The notes beneath the pieces were generated by a model. It ran no database searches. It worked only from the letters and a program-made list of their open reading frames with translations, and was not told where the DNA came from. From assembly GCA_965198235.1 (NCBI GenBank), contig OZ240248.1:5024001-5088000 (forward strand): DNA of 64,000 bases. The letters are read 5' to 3'. Below, piece after piece: positions 1 to 10,551 of this stretch (within the stretch, counting starts at the first letter, position 1; each line of letters starts with the position of its first letter). The DNA is from Candidatus Poribacteria bacterium. GTDB lineage: Bacteria > Poribacteria > WGA-4E > WGA-3G. A program made the translations under genes and the position numbers.

Positions 1-128
1 CTGGACTCTTTGCCGCAGGCGACATCATATCTGGCGAGCGAAACTTGATCGCGACTGCGTTCGCACTCGGACAGGAGGCGGGCTTGTCAGCATCAGACTC
101 CTTGCGTCAATGGAATTTCCCAGATTAG
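1..128 (+). CDS. 3' end of an FAD-dependent oxidoreductase (thioredoxin reductase-like), partial
   Basis: Not in the ORF track. Frame from position 3 reads GLFAAGDIISGERNLIATAFALGQEAG...FPD*. GLFAAGD is the FAD-binding motif of TrxB-like enzymes. Confidence 0.7.
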   Translation, partial: GLFAAGDIISGERNLIATAFALGQEAGLSASDSLRQWNFPD

Positions 129-146
129 GAGGCAGGCACAGGAATA

Positions 147-3026
147 ATGCAAAACGAGCAAAAAGATACTGTCTATATTATTGATACGCACGCCGAAATA
201 TTTCGGGCGTATTACGCGATTCGTAGCGGATTGACGAGCAGCATCACCGGCGAGGCGACACATGCTGTGTTCGGGTTCGCTGGCACGCTTATTAGGATCT
301 TGACGCAACTTCAGGCAAAATATATTGTCGCTGCGATTGATACACCGGGTAACACGTTTCGCAATGAACTTTATTCGGAATACAAGGCGAATCGCTCTCC
401 AGCACCTGATGATCTGGTGACACAGATTCATCGCATTCTGGAGCTGCTTGAGGCATTTGGTATCTTGACGCTCGGTAGACCTGAATTGGAAGCGGATGAC
501 ATCATCGCCTCTGTCACTCAGGCAATACTTGACGATCCGCAGGCATCTGATGTTGATGTCTCTATTATTTCTAAAGACAAAGACCTTGAACAGTTGCTCG
601 GCGATCGGGTCACAATGCTTGATCTCCATAATGATAAGATTATCGATGTTCGGTCGCTGTGGGAAACGAAAGGCATAAAACCTTCCCAGGTTGTTGATAC
701 CCTCGCCTTGATGGGAGATACTTCGGACAATGTACCGGGTGTTGAGAAAATCGGCTTGAAAACAGCGGCACAATTGATTCAGCAGTACGGTTCCGTTGAG
801 GGTATTTTTCAGAACATCAATGAAATTAAAGGGAAGCGTCGCGAAAATTTGGAGAAGGCGCGTTCACAACTCGACCTTTCACGAGAACTTGTAACCTTGA
901 AGCGATATGCGGCTTTGGACTTCTCCATAGAGCAAGCACGGGTCAAACCACTTGATCTCCAGAAGATCCTCCCACTGTTCCAACAGTTAGAACTCAAGCG
1001 TTATGAGCAAGTTGTGACGGAGCTTGCGGGTGGAAAGTCTGCGTCCGCTGCTGCGCCTACGCCTGCAACGCGCAAGGAACGGGTTGCGGAGTTAGCACAG
1101 AAAACGGATGCCATTTTGGACAAAGGCGACTACGGGACCGCTGAAACAGGGGACTATTCGGCGATCGTTACCCTCGACCAACTGAAAGATCTCGTTGACA
1201 CCCTATCCGCACAGGAGATTATTAGTTTTGATACTGAAACGGATGGCTTGGAACGTGAGGCGATGCTGTGTGGGTTAAGTTTCTCATGGAAACCGAAGCA
1301 CGGCGTTTACGTGCCGGTTCGCTCGCCTCAACCTGAAGATCATTTAGATACCGATACCGTGCTTTCGGCACTTAAGCCGATTTTGGAGAACCCCGCGCTA
1401 TCAAAATGTGGGCATAATCTGAAGTTTGATGCCGGCATTCTTATCAGGAACGGTGTTAAACTCCAAGGGGCTGTTTTCGATACGCTGCTCGCAAGTCAGT
1501 TAGTTGACGCGCGGACACCCTCCCACAACCTTGATACGTTGGCGTTGCTCCATTTAGAGCACAAGATGATCTCTTTTGAGGAACTAACAGCAGATCCGGG
1601 CGATGCGACGTCTGCTGACGAAGTGACGAATTTAGGTGGACTGTTTGAGGTGGAGGCAGGACAGCAGAAAACAATTGATGAAGTGCCATTGGAACAAGCC
1701 GCAATTTACGCCGCAGAGGATGCTGACATTACCCTCCGACTCTATTATTTCCTTACGCCAAAACTTGATGGGATGGGCATCACGGCATTAGCGCGTGATA
1801 TAGAGTCACCGCTCGCACCTATTCTCGCTGAAATGGAATATAACGGTATCGTTTGCGATAAGGAGGAACTCAGACGCCAAAGCAGTGTGATTAGCGAACT
1901 CGTTGATGCCCGGCAAAAGGAGATTCACGGAATCGTCGGATATCCGTGTAATATTGATTCACCGAGACAACTCGCGCAAGTGCTGTTTGATGAACTCGGT
2001 TTCAAACCCGTGAAACGGACGCGAGGCGGCAAGATTTCCACAGATGTGACTGTGTTAGAGGCACTCTCTCTGAGAGAGGATATCAACGATCCGAAGACCA
2101 GCGTTCCACGTTTAATAATTGAGTACCGCCAATTCCGTAAGTTACAGAGTACTTATCTCGCTCAACTCCAGAATGCTGTTGACCCAAAAACAGAGCGTAT
2201 CCACACACATCTTTATCAGTTAACAACAGCCACAGGGCGTTTGAAGTCCGACCACCCCAATCTACAGAACATTCCTGTCCGAACCGAGATTGGAAGGCAA
2301 TTGCGACGTGCGTTCAAAGCACCCGATGGGCATCAGTTAATCTGTGCAGATTATTCACAGATTGAGCTTCGCATTCTCGCACACTTTAGCGAAGATGAAA
2401 GTTTAATCGAGACATTCACCCAAGATTTGGATATCCATACAGCAGTTGCTTCGCAAGTGTTTGAGGTCCCGGCTGCCTCGGTTACGCGTGAACTTCGTGA
2501 TAAGGCGAAAACTATCAATTTTGGTATCATTTACGGGGTTTCGCCAACAGGTCTCTCACGTCGGATTAAAGGGATGCGTGTAAAGGAAGCGGCTGCGCTT
2601 ATTGATGATTATAAAACGCGTTTTCCGGGGATAGATCGGTTTCTGCAGCAGTGTGTCCAGCAGGCATCGGATCACGGGTATGTTAGCACGCTCACCGGCA
2701 GGCGACGAGCAATTCCTGAAATCTATGCCACTAACCGTAGTCGGCGAAGCCTTGGCGAACGGTTGGCAATCAATACGGTAGTGCAAGGTTCTGCTGCAGA
2801 TTTAATGAAGGCGGCGATGGTCCAGGTGCAGCGTCGTATTGATAAGGATAGACTTCCCTTGAAAATGCTTCTACAGATTCATGATGAGTTAGTGCTTGAA
2901 ACGCCAGAGGCACTCGCGGCGGCGCATGCCGCAATCGTCTGTGAAGAGATGGAGAATGCGATGTCGCTTCGGGTACCGCTTCGGACAGCAGCAGGAATCG
3001 GAGATAATTGGATGATCGCGAAGTGA
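147..3026 (+). CDS. polA: DNA polymerase I
   Basis: 5'-3' exonuclease (EADD, GDTSDNVPGV), 3'-5' exonuclease (FDTET), polymerase motifs DYSQIELR, KTINFGIIYG, QIHDEL. Confidence 0.98.
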   Translation: MQNEQKDTVYIIDTHAEIFRAYYAIRSGLTSSITGEATHAVFGFAGTLIRILTQLQAKYIVAAIDTPGNTFRNELYSEYKANRSPAPDDLVTQIHRILELLEAFGILTLGRPELEADDIIASVTQAILDDPQASDVDVSIISKDKDLEQLLGDRVTMLDLHNDKIIDVRSLWETKGIKPSQVVDTLALMGDTSDNVPGVEKIGLKTAAQLIQQYGSVEGIFQNINEIKGKRRENLEKARSQLDLSRELVTLKRYAALDFSIEQARVKPLDLQKILPLFQQLELKRYEQVVTELAGGKSASAAAPTPATRKERVAELAQKTDAILDKGDYGTAETGDYSAIVTLDQLKDLVDTLSAQEIISFDTETDGLEREAMLCGLSFSWKPKHGVYVPVRSPQPEDHLDTDTVLSALKPILENPALSKCGHNLKFDAGILIRNGVKLQGAVFDTLLASQLVDARTPSHNLDTLALLHLEHKMISFEELTADPGDATSADEVTNLGGLFEVEAGQQKTIDEVPLEQAAIYAAEDADITLRLYYFLTPKLDGMGITALARDIESPLAPILAEMEYNGIVCDKEELRRQSSVISELVDARQKEIHGIVGYPCNIDSPRQLAQVLFDELGFKPVKRTRGGKISTDVTVLEALSLREDINDPKTSVPRLIIEYRQFRKLQSTYLAQLQNAVDPKTERIHTHLYQLTTATGRLKSDHPNLQNIPVRTEIGRQLRRAFKAPDGHQLICADYSQIELRILAHFSEDESLIETFTQDLDIHTAVASQVFEVPAASVTRELRDKAKTINFGIIYGVSPTGLSRRIKGMRVKEAAALIDDYKTRFPGIDRFLQQCVQQASDHGYVSTLTGRRRAIPEIYATNRSRRSLGERLAINTVVQGSAADLMKAAMVQVQRRIDKDRLPLKMLLQIHDELVLETPEALAAAHAAIVCEEMENAMSLRVPLRTAAGIGDNWMIAK

Positions 3027-3030
3027 TAGT

Positions 3031-3054
3031 CCCCCGAATGAATTCAGGGGTTTT
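3031..3054 (+). terminator. Probable intrinsic terminator after polA
   Basis: CCCC-GAAT..ATTC-A-GGGG hairpin followed by TTTT. Confidence 0.5.
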
Positions 3055-3097
3055 GTATCAGAAAAGCAATAAAATTATTCAACAGATAAAATTAATA

Positions 3098-3126
3098 TTG
3101 ACAAGTGATATAAAATGTGATATAAT
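3098..3126 (+). promoter_or_regulatory. Sigma70-type promoter upstream of the RRM gene
   Basis: Perfect TTGACA-N17-TATAAT. Confidence 0.8.
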
Positions 3127-3490
3127 TTAGTGTAAATTTGTTTAAGGGAAATGTGGATAGTGTCCGCTGGCAAAGTTACGAGTAGTGTTTTGACAGTGTT
3201 ACGGTTTGGAACCGAAACATGCTCATTGTAAGTGTGACAAGGCTTCCAACAAGAGATTGATGAGAGTTAATTTTTGCCAATCTTTGCATTATGGGCATTG
3301 CGTGCAATGTCCGGCTACGCTTGCTGCCAAATTTCTGCCTTTGAAAATGCTGACAGTGCTCAGTTTTCTCATTTTCCCGTATTTCTATTCCCTATTCTGG
3401 TTTTTTGAGAGAGATCGGTTCGCGTGAATGTATCGGTTGTCTTCGTGATGCTGGGTTAGGGTACATATAATTTCTAAAAGGAGAAACGAG

Positions 3491-3781
3491 ATGAATATCT
3501 ACGTTGGCAACGTGCCTTATGCGGCCACGGAAACCGACCTCGAAGAGCTCTTCGGTGAGTATGGTCCGGTTGCTACTGCTACGATTATCCGTGACCGGTA
3601 CGATGGTCGCTCCAAAGGGTTTGGCTTCGTTGAGATGGAAAACCAAGAGGATGGCGAGCGAGCGATAGAAGCGTTGGATGGCCAAGAGATGATGGGACGT
3701 CCGTTGAAAGTCAACCCCGCACGCCCTCGCGAGCAACGCCGCGAGCCCCGTCGGTATGACGACGCGGACAGGAATATGTAG
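3491..3781 (+). CDS. RNA-binding protein (single RRM, Rbp-like)
   Basis: RNP2 IYVGNV, RNP1 KGFGFVEM, AAGGAG RBS. Confidence 0.95.
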   Translation: MNIYVGNVPYAATETDLEELFGEYGPVATATIIRDRYDGRSKGFGFVEMENQEDGERAIEALDGQEMMGRPLKVNPARPREQRREPRRYDDADRNM

Positions 3782-4028
3782 TCTGTTTCGTAACAATTTC
3801 AATGCAGCTCCGATTGTATAAACAGTTGGAGTTGGATTGGGAAAGTGTCGCGATGGGATGGAAACTATTATTTTGCGTCCTGCCGCGCTGATAAATTTTG
3901 CCCCGGTTTTGGATTTGTTTTCTCTAAACGAGTCTTGAACCGGGGTTTATCCGTTTAATATTGACATAGGACGGGTTGGGATACAGCGATGAGTGCCGCT
4001 CCGTCAGCCCGTCCTGCGCTAAAATTGC

Positions 4029-4799
4029 TTAGTATTCTTTCCGCTTGAGGATGCCCCAAGTTACTGCGATTTTCCCTGCGGGTTCTACCGCAACCCCTAA
4101 GGCAGTCAAACCGTTATTCATAATATCAGCAATATCGGCATCAGTCAAAGGCGAGTGGAAGAGACCGACTTCGTCCATTGCCCCTACGAACCAATTGCCA
4201 TTCGGATCCCAAACGCCACACCCGCCGATATTCACGTTGAAATCGGATCTGCCGTGATTGGACCACTTCCCGTTTTTTGTGGTAGGATTGCCATCGATGT
4301 AAACCTTCGTGAATTCTTGGGAAGCCACAGCGGCAACATGGTGCCACTCACCCGGTGGATGCTCGTATGGATTATTATTAATACCGGCTGAGGGGGTCCA
4401 TAGCGAAACGGTACCAGGGTCAATAAAACCGAATTCCGGTGAATCGTTCTGCCCAATTAATCCGATGCGATTCTCGGTGATAGTTCCCGGTTTTATCCAC
4501 GCAACAACCGTGAATTCCTTCTTGCCGTTAAGAAGTTTTTTGTTTGTGTTGACACAGCTGCCATCAAATGCTAAAGCACTACCGAATCGTCCATCCACCC
4601 AAATGGGTGCGTTAACAATCGTTCCATGGTTATTGTTTCCTGAGGAGTCCATCGCTGTGCTTCCGCCCGCTTCGTCGAACAGCCAAAGACCGACAACACT
4701 GCTCGGGTCAATTTCGGCACTACTACTGTTCACGGTAACGAGACTGATCGCCATCAGCCCTAAACTAAACAGGATAAATGTTAAAGCGTTAAATTTCAT
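4029..4799 (-). CDS. Secreted LamG/concanavalin-like jelly-roll protein with AVEP...VTWGILK tail
   Basis: Signal peptide, LWLFDE...DSSGN, WHHVA, MDEV motifs. Confidence 0.85.
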   Translation of the reverse strand: MKFNALTFILFSLGLMAISLVTVNSSSAEIDPSSVVGLWLFDEAGGSTAMDSSGNNNHGTIVNAPIWVDGRFGSALAFDGSCVNTNKKLLNGKKEFTVVAWIKPGTITENRIGLIGQNDSPEFGFIDPGTVSLWTPSAGINNNPYEHPPGEWHHVAAVASQEFTKVYIDGNPTTKNGKWSNHGRSDFNVNIGGCGVWDPNGNWFVGAMDEVGLFHSPLTDADIADIMNNGLTALGVAVEPAGKIAVTWGILKRKEY

Positions 4800-5119
4800 T
4801 TGAATCCTCTCACTTTCTTTAGAGATTTGCCGCGCTGCAACGCGGACTGTTTCGTGGCACTACTCCACTGTCTGTCAAACTATCGGCGCATGTTGATCGC
4901 CTGATGTTCCGCGCAAGGTTAGAAATAGGCATTAAATATATTTTGACATATTTTGCATTAAAATGCAAGTTTTTTTTCTGAACACGCTATTTTACCATTG
5001 TAGCAGACATGCACAATAATTATCAAACGAAATTAATTCAATTGTTTTCAGTTCGCTATGGGATACTTTAGTAAACGAGCGAATCGAGATTATAGACTTT
5101 ACCTATAAGCAGTTTTGTT

Positions 5120-6124
5120 TCACTGAATTTCCACGCTCACGCCAACGGCTTTGCGAACCTTCGCCAGAATTGGTATCGCGATATCTCGTGCTTTTTCCGC
5201 CCCCTTTTCGAGTATTTTATCCAACTCATCAGGACTGTCCATTAACGCATTATACCGATCGCGTTGCTCGGAAAAGGTAGCCTCCAGCAACTCAAACAGT
5301 TCCTGTTTCATTGCACCGTAGGCGAGTCCGCCCTCAAGATAGAGTTGTCGCTTCTCAGCGACGGCATCCACATCCGCGAGATGACGATAGATCGCAAAGA
5401 TGCTACATTCGTCTGGGTCTTTGGGATCTTCTGGACGCTTGGAATCGGTTACAATGCGCCTGACAGGTTTGCGCACTTGGTTAGAAGGTGCGAAGATCGG
5501 GATGACGTTGTTATAACTTTTACTCATCTTTCTGCCGTCGATTCCGGGGATAGTCATCACCTCTTCCCGAATTACGGCTTCCGGAATCGTCAAAACGTCG
5601 CCATAATTTTTGTTGAAAGTCAAGGCAACATCGCGTGTAATTTCGAGGTGTTGCTGCTGGTCAAGCCCGACTGGCACAATGTGTGTCCCGAAAAGGAGAA
5701 TGTCCGCTGCCATCAAAACCGGATAGGTGAAGAGTCCTGCATTAATGTTCTTATCCTCTTCACGTCCGGCTGCAATGTTGTCGTCAACGATCGCTTTGTA
5801 GGCGTGTGCGCGGTTGAGCAAGCCCTTCGTTGTGAAACACGCCAACACCCACGCCAACTCGAATACCTCCGGAACATCCGATTGACGGTAGAAAATCACC
5901 TCATCTGGGTTTAACCCCAATGCCAACCACGTCGCAGTTGCTTGGTGGGTTAAATGCACTAACTGTTTCTTGTCCTTTACGGTGGTGAGCGCGTGGTAAT
6001 CTGCGATAAAGTAAAGTGCTTGATATCTTTCCGCGAGTTCCAGTGCTGGTTTGATCATACCGAGGTAGTTCCCAATGTGCGGCTGTCCTGTTGGTTTGAT
6101 TCCAGTTAATGTAATCTGTTTCAA
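5120..6124 (-). CDS. trpS: Tryptophan--tRNA ligase
   Basis: HIGN, YPVLMAADIL and KMSKS motifs. Confidence 0.97.
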   Translation of the reverse strand: MKQITLTGIKPTGQPHIGNYLGMIKPALELAERYQALYFIADYHALTTVKDKKQLVHLTHQATATWLALGLNPDEVIFYRQSDVPEVFELAWVLACFTTKGLLNRAHAYKAIVDDNIAAGREEDKNINAGLFTYPVLMAADILLFGTHIVPVGLDQQQHLEITRDVALTFNKNYGDVLTIPEAVIREEVMTIPGIDGRKMSKSYNNVIPIFAPSNQVRKPVRRIVTDSKRPEDPKDPDECSIFAIYRHLADVDAVAEKRQLYLEGGLAYGAMKQELFELLEATFSEQRDRYNALMDSPDELDKILEKGAEKARDIAIPILAKVRKAVGVSVEIQ

Positions 6125-6188
6125 TTCTCTGCCATCCTCCTTTATGGATATAATTTTATTTTATTATAACCCGCTTGGGCTTATATAT

Positions 6189-7019
6189 TTAATCAAACCT
6201 CTGAATTACGACGGGATCGCCCCACTTTAAGCCCAAACCTTCTTTAGCGTTCCCACCATTTATAGCAATTTCTAACAACCCACAGCTTCCGATGATTGCC
6301 AGAGGTTTGCCGACTCCAGATTCAGCGTAAGCACGGTTCAGCCGATTAAGTCTCGCACTTCCAACTCTGATTTCATATATAGGCATCTTTCCCGTAGACG
6401 CGCTTTCTAAGCGAGCAATTGCGGTTTCCGATATATTTGTTATTGCATTCCCAAATCTGTCAATTTTAACAATCTGCCCTGTCAGTGTATGACCGGAGAG
6501 TTCTGGCACTTGAATCGGTAGTTGAACGAGGGTTTGCACCGGCGGACCGATGTCATTAAGCAATACACCGAGCGATAAGTGTGCTGCAACGGGCGCGAAG
6601 ATATCCCTACCGTGGAATGTGTTGCTTACTTCTGACAAATAGTACGTACTGTTTTGAATCGCCACGGAATCTATGGGTTGTTCCCCTTCGTTCTCAACAC
6701 TATGCAATAGATAACTCAGCACGCCATTGTCGGGACAGACGAAAAATGCGCTGTCTGTTTGGCAAACTATTGCCTGTCGATCACTCCCTACACCCGGATC
6801 AACTACGATGATATGAATCGTTCCTTTTGGGAAGTAGTTGTAGGCAGCATAAATTGAGAAAGCCGCTTCGTAGATATCTTGTGGTGGAATGGCGTGTGTG
6901 AGGTCAACTATCTGTGCATTCGGATTAATACTGAGGATGACCCCCTTCATGATTCCGACATAAGTATCGATTGTGCCGAAGTCGGTTGTTAGCGTGATGA
7001 TACGAGGTGATTCGTTCAT
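6189..7019 (-). CDS. SAM hydrolase / SAM-dependent halogenase family (DUF62)
   Basis: TTDFG, VVDPGVG, TFHGRDIF, DRFGN motifs. Confidence 0.92.
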   Translation of the reverse strand: MNESPRIITLTTDFGTIDTYVGIMKGVILSINPNAQIVDLTHAIPPQDIYEAAFSIYAAYNYFPKGTIHIIVVDPGVGSDRQAIVCQTDSAFFVCPDNGVLSYLLHSVENEGEQPIDSVAIQNSTYYLSEVSNTFHGRDIFAPVAAHLSLGVLLNDIGPPVQTLVQLPIQVPELSGHTLTGQIVKIDRFGNAITNISETAIARLESASTGKMPIYEIRVGSARLNRLNRAYAESGVGKPLAIIGSCGLLEIAINGGNAKEGLGLKWGDPVVIQRFD

Positions 7020-7022
7020 TGG

Positions 7023-7823
7023 TTACAGGTTTGCTTGCATCCAAGCGAAACTTTTTCGTTGACCTGTGCCGTCGTTTTCTCTGCCTTCATACTCACAGCA
7101 CCAGACGCCGTCATAGCCTGCTTCTCTCAGACAGCGGATTGCTTTTGCCAGGTCTATTTCACCTTCACCGAGTGCCTCGCCGCGGTAATTGCCACGTGAA
7201 CCCGTCCCGTCTTTCAGATGCGTGTGCAATGTATAAGGGGCGACGATCTCGTAATATCTGCCCACGGTTTCTAAATCATGACCCGCCCAACGGTAATTCA
7301 TCGTGTCCATATTCGCACCGACATATTTGGAACCGACCCGTTCAAAGAGCTCTACCTGCAAGTCACCGTCATTTGTAACGATACCGTGGTTGTCCACTGC
7401 CAGGTAGACCTCATCACGTTCAGCGAATTCAAGGCATCGTGTCAGGCATCCAGCCATTGCTTCAACCCACCGACTTTCTGGGACAGCATCTTTTGCGGAG
7501 CCACCTTCAGTGCGGAGAACTGAGGTGCCGAGGCGTGTCGCAAGTCCCGATATGCGTTCCATCCGGGCAACTTGGGAGCGAATGGTTTCCTCTTCCAACA
7601 CAACGAAATCGTTCCCCGCAGCAAGTGCGGAGACTTGTAAACCGTAACCTTCAACCTGTGCTCTCACGGCTTCCGCATTTTGTTCAGGATTCGCGACATC
7701 CGAGTTCCATACGTCGCCAATCTGGAGCTCGACGTAGCCGAACCCTGTTTCACTGGTAAATTTCAGAAAATCGTCAAGTGATTTACTTGCGTAGTTGTAA
7801 TGGATAAGTCCTAATTTTGGCAT
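7023..7823 (-). CDS. Sugar phosphate isomerase/epimerase (xylose isomerase-like TIM barrel)
   Basis: DNH, HTHLKD, GEGEID, GYDG...EYE motifs. Confidence 0.85.
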   Translation of the reverse strand: MPKLGLIHYNYASKSLDDFLKFTSETGFGYVELQIGDVWNSDVANPEQNAEAVRAQVEGYGLQVSALAAGNDFVVLEEETIRSQVARMERISGLATRLGTSVLRTEGGSAKDAVPESRWVEAMAGCLTRCLEFAERDEVYLAVDNHGIVTNDGDLQVELFERVGSKYVGANMDTMNYRWAGHDLETVGRYYEIVAPYTLHTHLKDGTGSRGNYRGEALGEGEIDLAKAIRCLREAGYDGVWCCEYEGRENDGTGQRKSFAWMQANL

Positions 7824-7950
7824 AAATTTATCTGCTCCCCTTTGAGTAACCGGATCCCATAAGATCAGTTAAAAACCGCTCTTATCGTGTGTGGCTAACC
7901 GCTGACTGCTGATAGTTCTCACTGCGAAGCATGCTGACAGCTAAAAAGAC

Positions 7951-7979
7951 TTGCATCAATTTAGTTGTTATGCTATAAT
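7951..7979 (+). promoter_or_regulatory. Sigma70-type promoter for mqnE-mqnA-fur
   Basis: TTGCAT-N17-TATAAT with extended -10 TG. Confidence 0.6.
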
Positions 7980-8082
7980 ACCTTTACTGAGGAATAAGTG
8001 TCAAGCAATTTTTCACTTTCTATAGCAAGTTTTGGCTTGCAAACTTCGTGGGAAAATGGAGAACCGATTAGGATAAAAAATA

Positions 8083-9219
8083 ATGGAGAACTATAGTCGT
8101 TTTACGGACCCCAAGTTGCCTGAAATCTATGAGAAGGTCAAGGCAGAACAACGACTCTCCTTTGAGGAGGGGGTCGCGCTTTATGAAAGCCCGGATATTA
8201 CAGGGGTTGGATTTATAGCGAATCATGCCCGTGAACGTCTAAATGGAAACGTCGCTTACTATAACATCAACCAGCATATTGATTATTCAAATGTCTGTAT
8301 TCTACACGCCCGGTGCCATTTTTGTGCTTTTGCCCGAAAAAATATGCAAACGGAAGGGGCGTGGGAAATGAGTGTTGATGAATTTTTAGACAAGGCGATG
8401 TATTCTATAGGGCACGGATGCACTGAGATTCACAGTGTTGGTGGGTTACATCCTAAATTACCTTTCGATTACTATTTAGACATCATCCGCGGACTCAAGG
8501 AACGGATGCCACAGGTACACCTCAAATTCTTCACAGCTGTTGAAATCCATCACTTTTCGCGTATCTTTAAAATGTCGATAGAAAAAGTTTTAGCCGAATT
8601 ACGGGATATAGGTTTGGATTCATTGCCCGGCGGTGGTGCTGAAATATTTGCGGAAGAAACGCGCGAGAAGATTTGCCCAGGAAAACTGAGTGCAGAAGGA
8701 TGGCTGGAGGTTCACGACATCGCACACCGTCTCGGTATTCCCACAAATGCAACGATGCTTTACGGGCACCTTGAGACAAACGAGGATAGAGTAGATCATT
8801 TCATTCGGTTGCGGGAGCAACAGGATAAGTCCGGTGGTTTCGTGACGTTCATTCCACTTGCGTTTCATCCTGCCAACACTCGCATGGCGTATCTACCCTC
8901 GACGACGGGTCTGACCGATCTTCGGAACATCGCCGTTGCACGTTTGATGCTCGATAACCTGCCGCACATTAAAGTTTACTGGATTATGACCGGCTTGAAA
9001 ACGGCACAGGTCGCACTCCGTTTCGGGGCTGACGATATTGATGGCACTGTAACCGAGGAAAAAATTACACACATGGCGGGAGCGGACACGCCAGAGGCTG
9101 TTTCCGTTTCAGCACTAACACACCTCATTGAGGAGGCTGGCTTCGTCCCTGTTGAGCGTGATACACTTTACAATGAGATCATTCGAGAGGGGAATCAGTG
9201 GTACAGAAAAGCCGCTTAA
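8083..9219 (+). CDS. mqnE: Aminofutalosine synthase (radical SAM, CofH/MqnC/MqnE family)
   Basis: PGGGAEIF, ATMLYGH, HIKVYW, GADDIDGT, ERDTLY motifs; adjacent to mqnA. Confidence 0.85.
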   Translation: MENYSRFTDPKLPEIYEKVKAEQRLSFEEGVALYESPDITGVGFIANHARERLNGNVAYYNINQHIDYSNVCILHARCHFCAFARKNMQTEGAWEMSVDEFLDKAMYSIGHGCTEIHSVGGLHPKLPFDYYLDIIRGLKERMPQVHLKFFTAVEIHHFSRIFKMSIEKVLAELRDIGLDSLPGGGAEIFAEETREKICPGKLSAEGWLEVHDIAHRLGIPTNATMLYGHLETNEDRVDHFIRLREQQDKSGGFVTFIPLAFHPANTRMAYLPSTTGLTDLRNIAVARLMLDNLPHIKVYWIMTGLKTAQVALRFGADDIDGTVTEEKITHMAGADTPEAVSVSALTHLIEEAGFVPVERDTLYNEIIREGNQWYRKAA

Positions 9220-10037
9220 GGGTTGGCGCAGTCTCGTTTCTGAACACCAAACCGCTCATTTATTCCCTTTTGAACGAAGAAGTCCAAACGGATATTGCGC
9301 TGAGTGTTGATGTGCCAAGCCGCGTTGCGGCACTTTTAAGCAAAGGTGAGCTGGATGTTGGGTTAATTCCGATTGTTGAATATTTTCGTGCGAATCCTTC
9401 GCATACGTCTTACTGCATTTTACCAGATATATCAATTGCGTCTCACGGAAGGGTGAAAAGTATCCAACTATTCAGTCGCGTTCCGATTCCAGAGATTCGA
9501 CGTATTGGACTCGATACGAATTCCCGGACATCTATTGCGCTGCTTAAGATCCTACTCGCTGAGAAGTATCAAATCTCTCCAGCGTTCACAACTTGTAGAC
9601 CAACAGTAAATCCAAAGACTGCCCTTCAAAATCGCCAAGATCCGCCTTTTGATGCAATCCTTCTCATCGGAGACGCAGCACTCAGACACTTCGGTTCAAC
9701 TGAATACAGTATGGACCCCGGTGAGGTGTGGTATAAGTTCACGGGTTTACCGTTCGTTTATGCCTGTTGGGTTGCCAGGACGGAAGCGCATCTCGGTGAT
9801 TTACCGGAGTTACTCCTTAAATCAAAGGCACATGGTATCGCACGAATCCCAGAAATCGCACGGATTGAGGCGCAAAAGCTTGGTTTGCCCGAGAAACTCT
9901 GCAGCCATTATTTGCAACATCATATCAAATATGACTTGGACGAATCTGCGATTAAAGGTCTTGAACTTTTTTATAAGTATGCTGTGAAGAACGATCTTGC
10001 GCCGCCGTGTCGTCGTCTGTCTTTTGCGTCTAGTTGA
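9198..10037 (+). CDS. mqnA: Chorismate dehydratase (futalosine pathway)
   Basis: VSFLNTKPL, SRTS, LIGDAAL, TGLPFVYACW motifs. Confidence 0.9.
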   Translation: MVQKSRLRVGAVSFLNTKPLIYSLLNEEVQTDIALSVDVPSRVAALLSKGELDVGLIPIVEYFRANPSHTSYCILPDISIASHGRVKSIQLFSRVPIPEIRRIGLDTNSRTSIALLKILLAEKYQISPAFTTCRPTVNPKTALQNRQDPPFDAILLIGDAALRHFGSTEYSMDPGEVWYKFTGLPFVYACWVARTEAHLGDLPELLLKSKAHGIARIPEIARIEAQKLGLPEKLCSHYLQHHIKYDLDESAIKGLELFYKYAVKNDLAPPCRRLSFASS

Positions 10038-10050
10038 AAGGGGGCGGAAA

Positions 10051-10551
10051 ATGGAAGCCGTTGAAGAAGCCACTCGCGATACAGAGTTCGCAAAGCAGTT
10101 TGAAGATTATCTCAAAAGTTGTGGACTCCGTTTGACCCAAAAGCGATTGGACATTTTAAACCAGGTCTTTGACTATCCCGGACATTTTCAGACAGAGGAC
10201 CTTCTGGTGCAGATGCGTCGAAACGGCTATCTGGTGTCGCGTCCGACGATCTATCGGACGTTGCCGCTGCTGGTAAGAAGTGGACTGCTGACAGAATTTA
10301 TCGATGCACAGAAGAACACTCGTTATGAGAGTATTCATTCACTTCGGGAGCATGCGCATCTTATCTGTCTTCGGTGTAGTCAGATTGTTGAGTTTAAAGA
10401 ACCGCAAATTGATGCGTTGCAGAAAGCGGTGTGTGAAGCGCACGACTTTAAAGCCGTGCGCTTCCGTAATGAAATAATTGGTTATTGTGCTGAATGCCAA
10501 GCAGAATTAGAGCCAAGGACACCTGATAAAGACGACGAAACTACTGCTTGA
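10051..10551 (+). CDS. fur: Fur-family transcriptional regulator
   Basis: LRLTQKR, TIYRTL, HAHLICxxC and CxxC motifs. ATG at 10051 preferred over the upstream TTG. Confidence 0.9.
   Translation: MEAVEEATRDTEFAKQFEDYLKSCGLRLTQKRLDILNQVFDYPGHFQTEDLLVQMRRNGYLVSRPTIYRTLPLLVRSGLLTEFIDAQKNTRYESIHSLREHAHLICLRCSQIVEFKEPQIDALQKAVCEAHDFKAVRFRNEIIGYCAECQAELEPRTPDKDDETTA

Noticed and set aside
93-773. Long antisense ORFs (also 5264..5914, 29804..30358, 38161..38892, 46547..47155)
   Set aside because: Shadows of confident genes on the opposite strand, with no recognisable motifs.
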